Shown here piece after piece: positions 1 to 11,060 of a DNA stretch of 64,000 bases (positions are counted from its first letter, which is position 1; each line of letters begins with the position of its first letter). Both the position numbers and the translations under genes were made by a program. The DNA comes from Armatimonadota bacterium (GTDB lineage: Bacteria; Armatimonadota; SYMT01), in contig JAWLHY010000001.1 in assembly GCA_041690135.1 (NCBI GenBank), positions 1,559,199 through 1,623,198 on the forward strand, in the 5' to 3' direction. The notes beneath the pieces were generated by a model, which saw only the letters and a list, made by a program, of their open reading frames with translations, ran no database searches and was not told the origin of the DNA.

Positions 1-438
1 CAGCGCGAGGACCACACCTAGCATCCAAGCAAGCCTTCGCATCCTCTCTTTTGCCCTCCATACTCAATCAAGCCATAGAACCACTGTTAGGCAGGCGTAC
101 AGGCGGCACCTCCGGTCCCCATTCCATCGATGGTTGCGGTCGCGGCACGGAAGTTCAACCGAAAGTTTACGTGTCTCCGCCAACAAATCGTGTGGAAGGT
201 GAAGCAGAAGGGGGCGCCTCCGTGAGGGCATCATCACCGCCTTCAGCCCGGTTGGCAGAGCCCGGGAAGAGATCGCCGCGAAATCGCGGAGTTGCTCCGG
301 CGCAAGCGGCGCGTCTCGCGCCTGGAGCGTGACTGTTTCGATCAGGTCATCACCGCCGCCAAGCAGGTCGACGAACCCCATCCCGTGCTCGCTACGCCCA
401 TTGAGGCCATGCCCATCCGCGTTAAGCATCACCCTGCG

Positions 439-478
439 TTTACAAAATATCACGTATCAGTTATATATGATGTGTGAT
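439..478 (+). promoter_or_regulatory. AT-rich promoter region with an imperfect palindrome upstream of the sigma factor
   Basis: TTTACA (439-444) followed by TATATA/TATGAT boxes (462-471), overlapped by the inverted repeat ATCACGTATCA-N8-TGATGTGTGAT (449-478). Confidence 0.5.
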
Positions 479-536
479 CGCCGGCTGCGATCAGAGGCAG
501 CGGCAAACCGGCCGCTTCGGGGTCGGAGGCAACAAG

Positions 537-1397
537 ATGGCACGGACGATGACGGAAGGAACGGCGCGGCGGGGGGTCGGGACCGTTCGGGAAGATGAGG
601 GCATTCCGCGGTGGGACTACATTTCTTCGGGGGAGCGACTCACGGCCCAGCAGGAGCAATTGCTCACCCAGCGAGCCCAGGCAGGAGACGAACAGGCTCG
701 GGACCGCATCCTTAGGGCCAACATTCCGCTGGTCGTGTCCGTCGCCCGGCAGTTCAACAATCCTCACCTGGAGGTGGAAGACCTCATACAGGAGGGTATG
801 ATTGGCCTGGTGACCGCAATCGAACGCTTCGATCCGGAACGGGGTTTCCGGTTTAGTACTTACGCCACCTACTGGATCCGCCAGCGCGTCCTGCGCGCCC
901 TCGACCGTAACGGGCGCCTCATCCGCCTGCCCGTCGACGTTAGCTATGCGGCCCGCAAAGCCCAGGCGATTCGCGAGCAGCTTCGGGAGGAGACCGGCAG
1001 TGAGCCCGCCCTGGCCGACATTGCTCCCGCTACCGGTGTTTCCGAGAAGCGTCTGAAGGCGGTTTTCGAATGCCTGGAGGAGCCGCTCTCCCTCGACGCG
1101 CCGGTAAGCGATGATGCGGACCCGCTCACCCTGGATGTGGAAGACCGCGACTCGCGGGATCCGGCCGCGACCGTGTTAGAAGCGGAGCAGTCGCTGGTTC
1201 TGGAGCGCCTCCTGGAGACTCTCCCCGTGCGCGACCGCATGGTTCTCGAAAGCCGCTTCGGCCTCAACGGGTGCACCGTCCCGCTCGCCGACCTGGCCGA
1301 GAAACTCCGCATGACCCGCGAAGGCGTCCGCCAGATCCAGCGGCGCGCCCTTCTCAAACTCCGCCGCAAGTGGATGGCCACCGGCCTGACAGCATGA
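537..1397 (+). CDS. Sigma-70 family RNA polymerase sigma factor (RpoD/RpoS-like, lacking region 1.1)
   Basis: Region 2 motifs DLIQEGMIGL and FDPERGFRFSTYATYWIRQ; region 3 RLIRLPV; region 4 TREGVRQIQRRAL. ATG 537 follows a GGAGG RBS. Confidence 0.92.
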   Translation: MARTMTEGTARRGVGTVREDEGIPRWDYISSGERLTAQQEQLLTQRAQAGDEQARDRILRANIPLVVSVARQFNNPHLEVEDLIQEGMIGLVTAIERFDPERGFRFSTYATYWIRQRVLRALDRNGRLIRLPVDVSYAARKAQAIREQLREETGSEPALADIAPATGVSEKRLKAVFECLEEPLSLDAPVSDDADPLTLDVEDRDSRDPAATVLEAEQSLVLERLLETLPVRDRMVLESRFGLNGCTVPLADLAEKLRMTREGVRQIQRRALLKLRRKWMATGLTA

Positions 1398-1586
1398 AAT
1401 GGGATCCGCCTTCTCGCCACGCGCATGGCACGACGGACAGGCTCACCCACGACTGCAGTTTCACATGCTCGGGGTGTGCCCGCCAATGTCATGGACACGA
1501 GCCGAGCGCCCACGGAGGTTTACGCCCCGAGGGGGTGTGGACAACGTGCATTACCAAAGCCCGACCGTTCCGGGTCGGGGACTTCA

Positions 1587-1615
1587 TTGACCCACTCCAG
1601 GGCAGGTGTTACCAT
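1587..1615 (+). promoter_or_regulatory. Sigma-70 promoter of pcrA
   Basis: TTGACC-N17-TACCAT with a TG extension; supports the GTG start at 1659. Confidence 0.6.
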
Positions 1616-1658
1616 GGGGCAGCCCCACCCGATCCGGCTGCCCCACACCCTGCCAACC

Positions 1659-4019
<2,361 letters not shown>

Positions 4020-4107
4020 CGCCAACCCCTGCCCCCAAGGGGCTTCAACCTTCGATACTAGAGCTTCAAACTTTCCGGCTCTGATCCCAAACAGGGGTAA
4101 ACGGTAC

Positions 4108-4530
4108 CTACTCCCGGGAGTATCCCAGGATATACCATTTCCCTTGCACCAGCACCCACTCCAGCTTGACGGTGAGCGGGTTCCCCGCTCCATCTTTGCC
4201 GTCCAGCACTACTTGCCGATGCTGGTGGTCGTGACCATCGGCTAGCTTCACCGGCTTCCGGTCGCCATAAACCACTTCATCGGGTAGCACGTCTTTTAGC
4301 GCCTTCCAGGCTCCTGTGAACATGGTCTCCTGCTCGAAGGGGTCCTCATCCGGCATCCGGTACTTGCTGAAGAAGCGGTGGAACATCTCCTCATCCCCCT
4401 TCTTCACCTGCCGCGCCACCGTCGCAGTTAGCGCCCGCACGTCGTTTTTCGCTTCGTTCATCACGATCCACAGGCTTAGCGGGACCGCCATCACCACGAT
4501 CAGGATCGCCAGGTTACGCAGGCTCATCAA
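4108..4530 (-). CDS. Hypothetical protein with an N-terminal membrane anchor
   Basis: 140-aa ORF with a hydrophobic N-terminus and a GGGAG RBS; fills the intergenic gap. Confidence 0.7.
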   Translation of the reverse strand: MMSLRNLAILIVVMAVPLSLWIVMNEAKNDVRALTATVARQVKKGDEEMFHRFFSKYRMPDEDPFEQETMFTGAWKALKDVLPDEVVYGDRKPVKLADGHDHQHRQVVLDGKDGAGNPLTVKLEWVLVQGKWYILGYSRE

Positions 4531-4774
4531 TCATCTCCCCCGCGTGATTCTGGCAGCAGACGATCCGTTCCCCAGGCTTCCGCCGCCGGCTCCAGCCTCA
4601 TAATTGCTGTCGGGAATGTGCTCTCGCCTTCCCCGCCATCGATCCCTGGCGTCGTAGGGCCTCATCCCGTGGCGTCAGGGTATTCGGCTTAACCCGTGTC
4701 CTCTCCGGGTAGCAACCGATAGAAGCAATAAATGTTTGCTGCCGGGCGGGGAGAAGAAGGCGAGGAGGGACGAG

Positions 4775-5902
4775 ATGGGCCGTGGAGTCCGGTTACTGGA
4801 AGTATTCGATATCGAGATCCGGCTGGACTATTCCTGGTTCCTGATCTTCTTTCTCCTGATCTGGAGTCTCGCGATGGGCGTCTTCCCGGCTGCTTACGAC
4901 TTCGCGCCGGGGATGAACTGGCTGTTGGGGATCGCCGGCGCGGTGCTGCTCTTCACCAGCGTGCTCCTTCACGAGCTTTCCCATGCTCTGATGGCTCGGC
5001 GGTTTGGGATAGACGTGCACGGGATCACGCTTTTCCTCTTTGGAGGGGTAGCGCAGATCAAAAGTGAGCCGCCCTCTCCGAAGGCGGAATTCTGGATCGC
5101 AGGCATCGGCCCGGTCGTGAGCATCCTGATCGGCGCGGCCTGCCTCGTGGGCGCGTGGGTCACGGCTATCGCAGAAGTGCTGCGTCCCGTGGCGGCGTTG
5201 CTGCTTTACCTGGGACAAATCAACCTGATCCTGGCGGTGTTCAACCTGATCCCGGGTTTTCCACTGGATGGCGGGCGGATCCTGCGGGCTGCGGTCTGGC
5301 ACTTCACCGGAAGTTTGCAAAAGGCTACGCAGTGGGCCTCCATCGGGGGGCAACTCTTCGCCTGGTTCCTCATCGGCGTGGGCGTGTTCCAGATCCTGTT
5401 CGGCGGCAACTTCGGCGGTTTCTGGCTAATCCTGGTCGGTTGGTTTCTCAATACCGCGGCCCAGGGCGCCTACCAGCAATTGCTGCTGCGGCGAGCCCTC
5501 AGCGGGGTGCCGGTGGCCGAGGTCATGGTCCACGATGTGCCGATGGTCGACGCGGAAATGCGGGTGTCGCAGTTCGTGGAGCACTACCTGCTGCGGCGCG
5601 ACTACAGCGTCTATCCTATCGCGCGGGAAGGTGAGTTCGTCGGTGTCGTCGGCCTGGATGAGGTCCGAAACCTGCAGCGCGATCACTGGGGCGTGACCAG
5701 CGTCGGGGCCATCGCCCGCGAGCCGAGCCCGGACCGCATGATCGCCGAGGATGAGGATGCATTCGATGCGCTGAGTAAGATGCTGGAAACCGAGGCCCCG
5801 CGCCTGCTGGTGATGCGCGATGGTCACCTGGAAGGCATCGTCTCGCGGGACTCCATTCTTCGCCGCATTCAGCTTCGGGGACGACTTGGGCTCCCCGTCT
5901 GA
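4775..5902 (+). CDS. Site-2 protease (M50) with tandem CBS domains
   Basis: HELSH zinc motif, NLIPGFPLDGG motif, C-terminal CBS pair; GGAGG RBS. Confidence 0.93.
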   Translation: MGRGVRLLEVFDIEIRLDYSWFLIFFLLIWSLAMGVFPAAYDFAPGMNWLLGIAGAVLLFTSVLLHELSHALMARRFGIDVHGITLFLFGGVAQIKSEPPSPKAEFWIAGIGPVVSILIGAACLVGAWVTAIAEVLRPVAALLLYLGQINLILAVFNLIPGFPLDGGRILRAAVWHFTGSLQKATQWASIGGQLFAWFLIGVGVFQILFGGNFGGFWLILVGWFLNTAAQGAYQQLLLRRALSGVPVAEVMVHDVPMVDAEMRVSQFVEHYLLRRDYSVYPIAREGEFVGVVGLDEVRNLQRDHWGVTSVGAIAREPSPDRMIAEDEDAFDALSKMLETEAPRLLVMRDGHLEGIVSRDSILRRIQLRGRLGLPV

Positions 5903-6981
5903 TGATCGGTGGACGGGAGAACGGGTTTTCGCGGGAGGGAAGTACTGTGGGCAGGTCAGTGGGGCGGCAAGGGTCACTGGCGAAGCCGCGTCGGGACGGC
6001 GAACATCACGGAGGGGAGAACCAGTCGCCGGCACGCCGGCAGTCGCCCGGCCGGCGCTGGGGTTGGCGTTATCTCTTCCATGCGTTGGTGCTGCTGGGGA
6101 TCGGTCTAGCCGGGCTGAAGTATATCAACGGGGAGCTTTTCTGGGATGCCGTGCACCGCTTCCGGTGGACCTACGCTCCGCTGATCCTGGGCTTGACCTC
6201 ACTCTACGTCCTGGTGAAAGGTCTGCGCTTTGTTCGGCAGTTGCGGGAACTGGTGCCGGCTCGCCGCAGCATTATCATGCGCGCCTATGTGGCCGGTCAG
6301 GCGTGTACCCTGCTCCCGGCCGGGGCCACGGTGCGGGCCGGTCTCCTCGAGCAGGTGGGGGTGCCGGTAAACGATAGCGCGGCCTCAATTGCCGTCTCGA
6401 GCCTTTCCGATCAGGCCGTGCTCCTCTTTTGCGCGCTCCTCTCGGCCCTCTGGTTCGAGGCCGCGCGCGAGCCGGCCATGATGATCCTCACCGGTTTGGC
6501 CGTCACCAGCGTGCTTCTGGGGCTGGAAGCCACGCGCACCTGGCTCCTCTCAATGATCGAAGCGATCCTGGGGAGGATCCAGCTTCTGGATCTCTGGCAT
6601 CGTTTTCTCGAGTCGATGTCCGAGATGTCGTCCGTCCCGCTCTGGTTGGGGAGTATTGCAAACGCCGCGGCGGCATTCGCCCTCATGGTCCTGGCACTCC
6701 GGTTCGCGGTGGAGGGTGTAGGCGCCGATATCCCGTTCTCGGTGCTCATCCTCGCATTCACCCTGCCCACCTTTCTTGGCCGGATTTCCGCGATGCCGGC
6801 GGGAGTGGGCGTTACGGAAGCGGGAATGATCGGCATCCTCGACGCGGCGCCGCACGTTACGGCCGATCAGGCGGCGGCGGCCACTCTCATCTTCCGCATC
6901 GGCACGGTGGTCTTTGCGGCGATCGTGGGCGGGCTGGTCTACCTGCTTGCCTGGCGCCGTGTTGCGAGGCGAGCCTCATGA
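5902..6981 (+). CDS. Lysylphosphatidylglycerol synthase TM-domain (UPF0104/flippase-like) protein
   Basis: Multi-TM protein with PAGVGVTEAG and LIFR motifs; translationally coupled to both neighbours. Start may be downstream. Confidence 0.82.
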   Translation: MIGGRENGFSREGSTVGRSVGRQGSLAKPRRDGEHHGGENQSPARRQSPGRRWGWRYLFHALVLLGIGLAGLKYINGELFWDAVHRFRWTYAPLILGLTSLYVLVKGLRFVRQLRELVPARRSIIMRAYVAGQACTLLPAGATVRAGLLEQVGVPVNDSAASIAVSSLSDQAVLLFCALLSALWFEAAREPAMMILTGLAVTSVLLGLEATRTWLLSMIEAILGRIQLLDLWHRFLESMSEMSSVPLWLGSIANAAAAFALMVLALRFAVEGVGADIPFSVLILAFTLPTFLGRISAMPAGVGVTEAGMIGILDAAPHVTADQAAAATLIFRIGTVVFAAIVGGLVYLLAWRRVARRAS

Positions 6982-7856
6982 GCGGTCGCTGCGCCATACT
7001 TGTGAATGACCGGGCCGGCGCGCTCCAGGCCACGGCGAGCATCGATCATCTGCGCGAGCTTATCGAAACGCTCGGGATCGACGCGGAAGTCATCGGTACG
7101 AAGTCCGCCGAGGACATGTGCCTGCGCATTCGCGACCTGCTTTCGTCGGGCGTTCGCCGCATCGCGGTGGCGGGGGGAGACGGCACCATTCACCACGCCG
7201 TACAGGAGCTGGCGGGGAAGGACGTGGTCCTGGGGATTATTCCGCAGGGCACGGCTAACAACTTTGCGACCGCGCTGCGAATCCCCCAGGAACTCCCCTC
7301 CGCCCTCCGCACGCTCCAGGACGGCGAGGTCCGCGAGGTTGACCTGGGCTGCGTGCGCGGGGAGTACTTTACGGAAGCGGCCGGGGTCGGTATGTTCGCC
7401 GACGTGCTTGCCATCTACGGCACGGGAACCAATAAAGACATCCTGCGCGGGATTTATTCCATCGGTCGCGTGCTGTTGTCGTTCCGTCCGCGGCGCATCC
7501 GTCTCTGGCTCGATGGAGAACTGCACAGCGAGCGGGCCGTGATGTGCACGGTAGCCAACTCCTTCCGGATGGGCATGTCCGCGCCGATGGCACCGAACGC
7601 GAAGGTCACCGACGGTAAGCTGGACGTCGTGATTGTAGGCGACCTGACCCCCGGGGAATACCTTTCTTACTACCGGGCGCTGCGGGCGCAAACCCATCTC
7701 GGGTTGCCCAAGGTCAGCTCGCTCCAGGCGCGGCATGTTCGGATCGAATCCCGACGGCCCATGAACGTCCATTGCGACGACCATGTGATCGGAGCTACCC
7801 CGGTGACGATCACTGCCGTCCCCAGGGCGCTGAAAGTGCTGGTGGCACCGTTGTAG
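6978..7856 (+). CDS. Diacylglycerol kinase family lipid kinase
   Basis: VAGGDGT, IPQGTANNFA and DGKLDV motifs; ATGA overlap with the upstream gene. Confidence 0.92.
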   Translation: MSGRCAILVNDRAGALQATASIDHLRELIETLGIDAEVIGTKSAEDMCLRIRDLLSSGVRRIAVAGGDGTIHHAVQELAGKDVVLGIIPQGTANNFATALRIPQELPSALRTLQDGEVREVDLGCVRGEYFTEAAGVGMFADVLAIYGTGTNKDILRGIYSIGRVLLSFRPRRIRLWLDGELHSERAVMCTVANSFRMGMSAPMAPNAKVTDGKLDVVIVGDLTPGEYLSYYRALRAQTHLGLPKVSSLQARHVRIESRRPMNVHCDDHVIGATPVTITAVPRALKVLVAPL

Positions 7857-7910
7857 ATGCGGGTTTCCGCCACGAGGCGACCGGACAAAATGCACCGGGG
7901 GTAATCAACG

Positions 7911-8318
7911 ATGGAAAAGAAGCAGAGGGACCGGAGAGAAGAGCGCGGCGACCTGGGAGAGCAGATGCAGCCGGGCGTACCCGGCATTCCGGCGCCGGGC
8001 GACACCTACAAGGTGCCCGAAGGTGAGGTGAAACTGGGCGAGCGCGGAGCGGCGGAAGAAGTGGCGCCGCGCGCGCAGGACGACTCGGCCTTCCCATTTC
8101 GCTCGGGAGAGACTACGCTGACGGCGGCGGGAGCCGTCGATACGAACCGCCCCGCGGATGTGGTGACGACCGCCGGCACTACCGAACTGCCCGGGTCCCG
8201 CCACTCGCCAAACATCCTTTCCCGGCAGAACGTGGTGGCTCCCCAGGCCCGCCGCCCGACCACCACCGCTGGCCAGCAACTCGTCGAAGACGAGATAGAC
8301 AGTGAGGACGAACGCTAA
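7911..8318 (+). CDS. Hypothetical hydrophilic protein
   Basis: 135-aa ORF with GC-rich codon usage, convergent with the kinase. Confidence 0.6.
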   Translation: MEKKQRDRREERGDLGEQMQPGVPGIPAPGDTYKVPEGEVKLGERGAAEEVAPRAQDDSAFPFRSGETTLTAAGAVDTNRPADVVTTAGTTELPGSRHSPNILSRQNVVAPQARRPTTTAGQQLVEDEIDSEDER

Positions 8319-10687
8319 CCGGTGAGGGCACCGATCAGGGACCGAAGTTTCTCGGGATCCACGGGCTTTGTCAGATGATGATCGAAGCCCGCCTCCCGGG
8401 CTCGCTGCCGGTCCTCGACTCCTCCGTAACCCGTAAGCGCTACCAGGACCGGTTTGGCGGCTACCGCGCATGAGGCGTGGGAACTGCGCCGTCCCACCGT
8501 TTGCGCGGCGGGTGCCGGTACCGTTTGGAGCCGCCGGGCCACCTCGTAACCATCGAGACCGGGAAGGCCAATATCCAGCAACACCAACTCCGGCGCGAAC
8601 TCCGCGGCGGCGGTCAGGGCTGCCTCCCCATCGGCCGCGTGCCGCACCTGGTAGCCCCACAGTTCCAGCATTTCCCGCATCACCTCTGCGGAGTCGCGGT
8701 TGTCTTCTACCAGCAACACCCGCCTGGAAGCATTCCGATCGAGAGCCGTCACCCTGTCCCCGATCACCTCGCCGGCCCCTTCGCACTGGATGAAGTACGG
8801 ATCCGTTGCAGCGGATCGCTCCACCCGCAGGATGGGCAGCCGTAAGGTGAACTCCGCTCCGTGGCCGGGCCCATCGGAATGGGCGGTCACCATTCCTCCA
8901 TGCATCTCGATGAGCTGTTTCACCAACGTCAAGCCAATCCCCAGTCCTCCCATCGACCGGTCTATAGTCGTGTCGACCTGGGTGAAGAGGTCGAAAATCT
9001 GGGGCAGCATTTCGCGCGGGATCCCGCGACCCGTGTCCCGAATGCGGATCTCCAGGCGCTCTCCCTCTCCCTCTACTTTGGCTTCCAGCCAGATCCGGCC
9101 CCCCGGCTCGGTGTATTTCGACGCGTTGTTCAGCAAGTTGGAGATCACCTGTGCCAGGCGGGTCGCATCCCCATGCAGCCACACGCGCTCTTCCGGCAGG
9201 CGGACGGTCAATTGGTGGCACCGGCCGCGGATGTGAGGTTGGCTCGTCTGGACGCTGTTCTCGACCAGATCTCGGAGGATCAGGTCCTCCTTGCGAAGTT
9301 CCACCGTCCCTCGCGTGATCCGGTTGATGTCGAGCAGGTCATCCACCAGCCGGGCCAGGTGCCGCGCCTGGCGTTCGATGATCTCGTGAAAACGCTGCGC
9401 TTGCGGATCATTCGCACCGCGGCGGCGCAAGACGGTGACCGCGTTGAGGATCGGGGCCAGCGGGTTCCGTAACTCGTGTCCGAGCATCGCCAGGAACTCG
9501 TTCTTGCGGCGGTCGTGGTACTGGGCGAGATCCGCCCGCCGCCGGTCGGAGATGTCGTGGAGTACCAGTACGCCAGCGAGCCGTTCGTCCGGCGAGGTGG
9601 GTATGGACTGCGTGCTGGCCAGGACCACCCGGTCCGCTTCGTCCGGCCCCGGCCAGCGGAGTTCCAGGTTCCGGCGCTCGGCGCCGGGAGTGGTGGGCTG
9701 CAACTCGACGCGCGAGCCCGCGCCGGATCGAGGGCCGTTCTCATACCGGAGACCCAGGCGCTCTGGCCATTCCGAAAGGGGTGTGCCCAGGGCATCGGCA
9801 TCCACCAGGGAACGCGCGGCCCGGTTCAGGTGAATCGGGATTCCGGCGGTGTCGTAGGCGATAATCCCGTCGGCTACGCTTTCCAGCACGGCCTGTAACA
9901 GTTCCCGTTCCTGCTTCAGCGTTGCTTCCGCGCGCTGGCGTTCCGCGATCTCCTCCGTAAGCTTCGCATTTGCCTGCCGGAGCCGGTCCAGGTATAGCCA
10001 GTAGGAGTAATACAACAGGTAGAGGGGCGCGATGAAAGCCAGCGACCACGCGCCCACGGACCGGAATCCCAACCACACCACCGCGGCGGCCAGTGCGGAG
10101 ACAAAGAAGTTGGGAGAGGTCCAGAGAAAATGCTCCCGCCAGATATTCCAGGGGCTCTTCCCCTGCTTTAAAGCAATAGCCAGGGAAATGCCCGCGCTGT
10201 TACAGAGGAAGTAGACCGCCGTGAACAGGGAAAGCGCCGCAATTCTGCCGAGGTCGCCGGGAGGGCTCATCGGCGTCGTAACCCCGAAGACCAGCGAAGC
10301 CAGCAGGCAGACGATTCCGCAGTGTGCCGGGTTGAACAGGATCTGGTGGAGCGGCTGACGCTGAAGCTGAACCCGCCACCCACCCTGCGGAGAACGCACC
10401 ACCGTTGTCACCAGCGCCCCCACGGCCGCACACGCCACGGCCGTCTGGCTCCCCTGCAGCAGAAGCGCCATGCATACCAGGGAGAAAACCGGCGTCATCC
10501 GCCCCTGGAAGGCGGTGAGCTCCACCTTCCAGGTTGCCACCAGGGCCGTAAGGAGTACTAATGTCGTTGCCAGGGCCGGGTTGACCGGTGAGGGCAGTTG
10601 GGCGAATACCCAACCCGCCGGAGCCACGGCCAACACGTGGGCCACAACGTAGACTTGTAACCTGTAGGGCAGCTTGCAAAAGGTCAT
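8315..10687 (-). CDS. Hybrid sensor histidine kinase/response regulator (multi-TM sensor, PAS, HisKA, HATPase, REC)
   Basis: H-box LGHELRNPL, N-box NLLNNASKY, G-boxes DTGRGI and GLGIGL, REC VEDN...LDIGLP...TKPVD; about 7 TM segments at the N-terminus. ATG 10687 follows AGGA. Confidence 0.93.
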   Translation of the reverse strand: MTFCKLPYRLQVYVVAHVLAVAPAGWVFAQLPSPVNPALATTLVLLTALVATWKVELTAFQGRMTPVFSLVCMALLLQGSQTAVACAAVGALVTTVVRSPQGGWRVQLQRQPLHQILFNPAHCGIVCLLASLVFGVTTPMSPPGDLGRIAALSLFTAVYFLCNSAGISLAIALKQGKSPWNIWREHFLWTSPNFFVSALAAAVVWLGFRSVGAWSLAFIAPLYLLYYSYWLYLDRLRQANAKLTEEIAERQRAEATLKQERELLQAVLESVADGIIAYDTAGIPIHLNRAARSLVDADALGTPLSEWPERLGLRYENGPRSGAGSRVELQPTTPGAERRNLELRWPGPDEADRVVLASTQSIPTSPDERLAGVLVLHDISDRRRADLAQYHDRRKNEFLAMLGHELRNPLAPILNAVTVLRRRGANDPQAQRFHEIIERQARHLARLVDDLLDINRITRGTVELRKEDLILRDLVENSVQTSQPHIRGRCHQLTVRLPEERVWLHGDATRLAQVISNLLNNASKYTEPGGRIWLEAKVEGEGERLEIRIRDTGRGIPREMLPQIFDLFTQVDTTIDRSMGGLGIGLTLVKQLIEMHGGMVTAHSDGPGHGAEFTLRLPILRVERSAATDPYFIQCEGAGEVIGDRVTALDRNASRRVLLVEDNRDSAEVMREMLELWGYQVRHAADGEAALTAAAEFAPELVLLDIGLPGLDGYEVARRLQTVPAPAAQTVGRRSSHASCAVAAKPVLVALTGYGGVEDRQRAREAGFDHHLTKPVDPEKLRSLIGALTG

Positions 10688-10730
10688 TTTTCCTGCCGGG
10701 TGTTTCGCAATGGCTCTCGTCAGATTCCCG

Positions 10731-11060
10731 TCAGTAAGGGGCAGTAGAATCGTACGGACTGGTCTCCGGATGTGGCTCGTCGTAGTACGGCTCTTGGTAG
10801 TAGGTTTCGTCGTAATACGGGTCGTAGTACGGGTCGTAGTAATATGGCTCGTAGTAGTACGGATCGCTGTACGGCTCGTAGTAGTAGGGGTCGTAGGAGT
10901 ACGGGTCCTCGTAAGGATCGGCGCCCGCTGGTCCGCCGGAAGTCTCGTCCGGAGACGACTCGGGATCCGGGTACTCATCCGGGGGGTAGTAGCTTTCTTC
11001 CGCGCCGGGATCGTACGGTGGTTCCTCGGGTGGATACTCGTAGTATGGGTCGTCGCTCCA
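10731..11060 (-). repeat. Coding low-complexity repeat, about 10 copies of [DE]PY(Y)(Y)
   Basis: ADPYEDPYSYDPYYYEPYSDPYYYEPYYYDPYYDPYYDETYYQEPYY; 30 Tyr and no Lys/Arg in the last 109 aa. Confidence 0.9.

Noticed and set aside
1-477. Short ORFs on both strands at the window start
   Set aside because: No recognisable motif or RBS; I cannot choose a frame.
1425-1658. Long N-terminal extension of PcrA
   Set aside because: It overlaps hairpins and a good sigma-70 promoter at 1587-1615, so it is likely non-coding.
10780-10920. Possible CRISPR-like repeat (GTAGTACGG units)
   Set aside because: The units are short, in frame and without unique spacers; this is a coding repeat and no cas genes are present.
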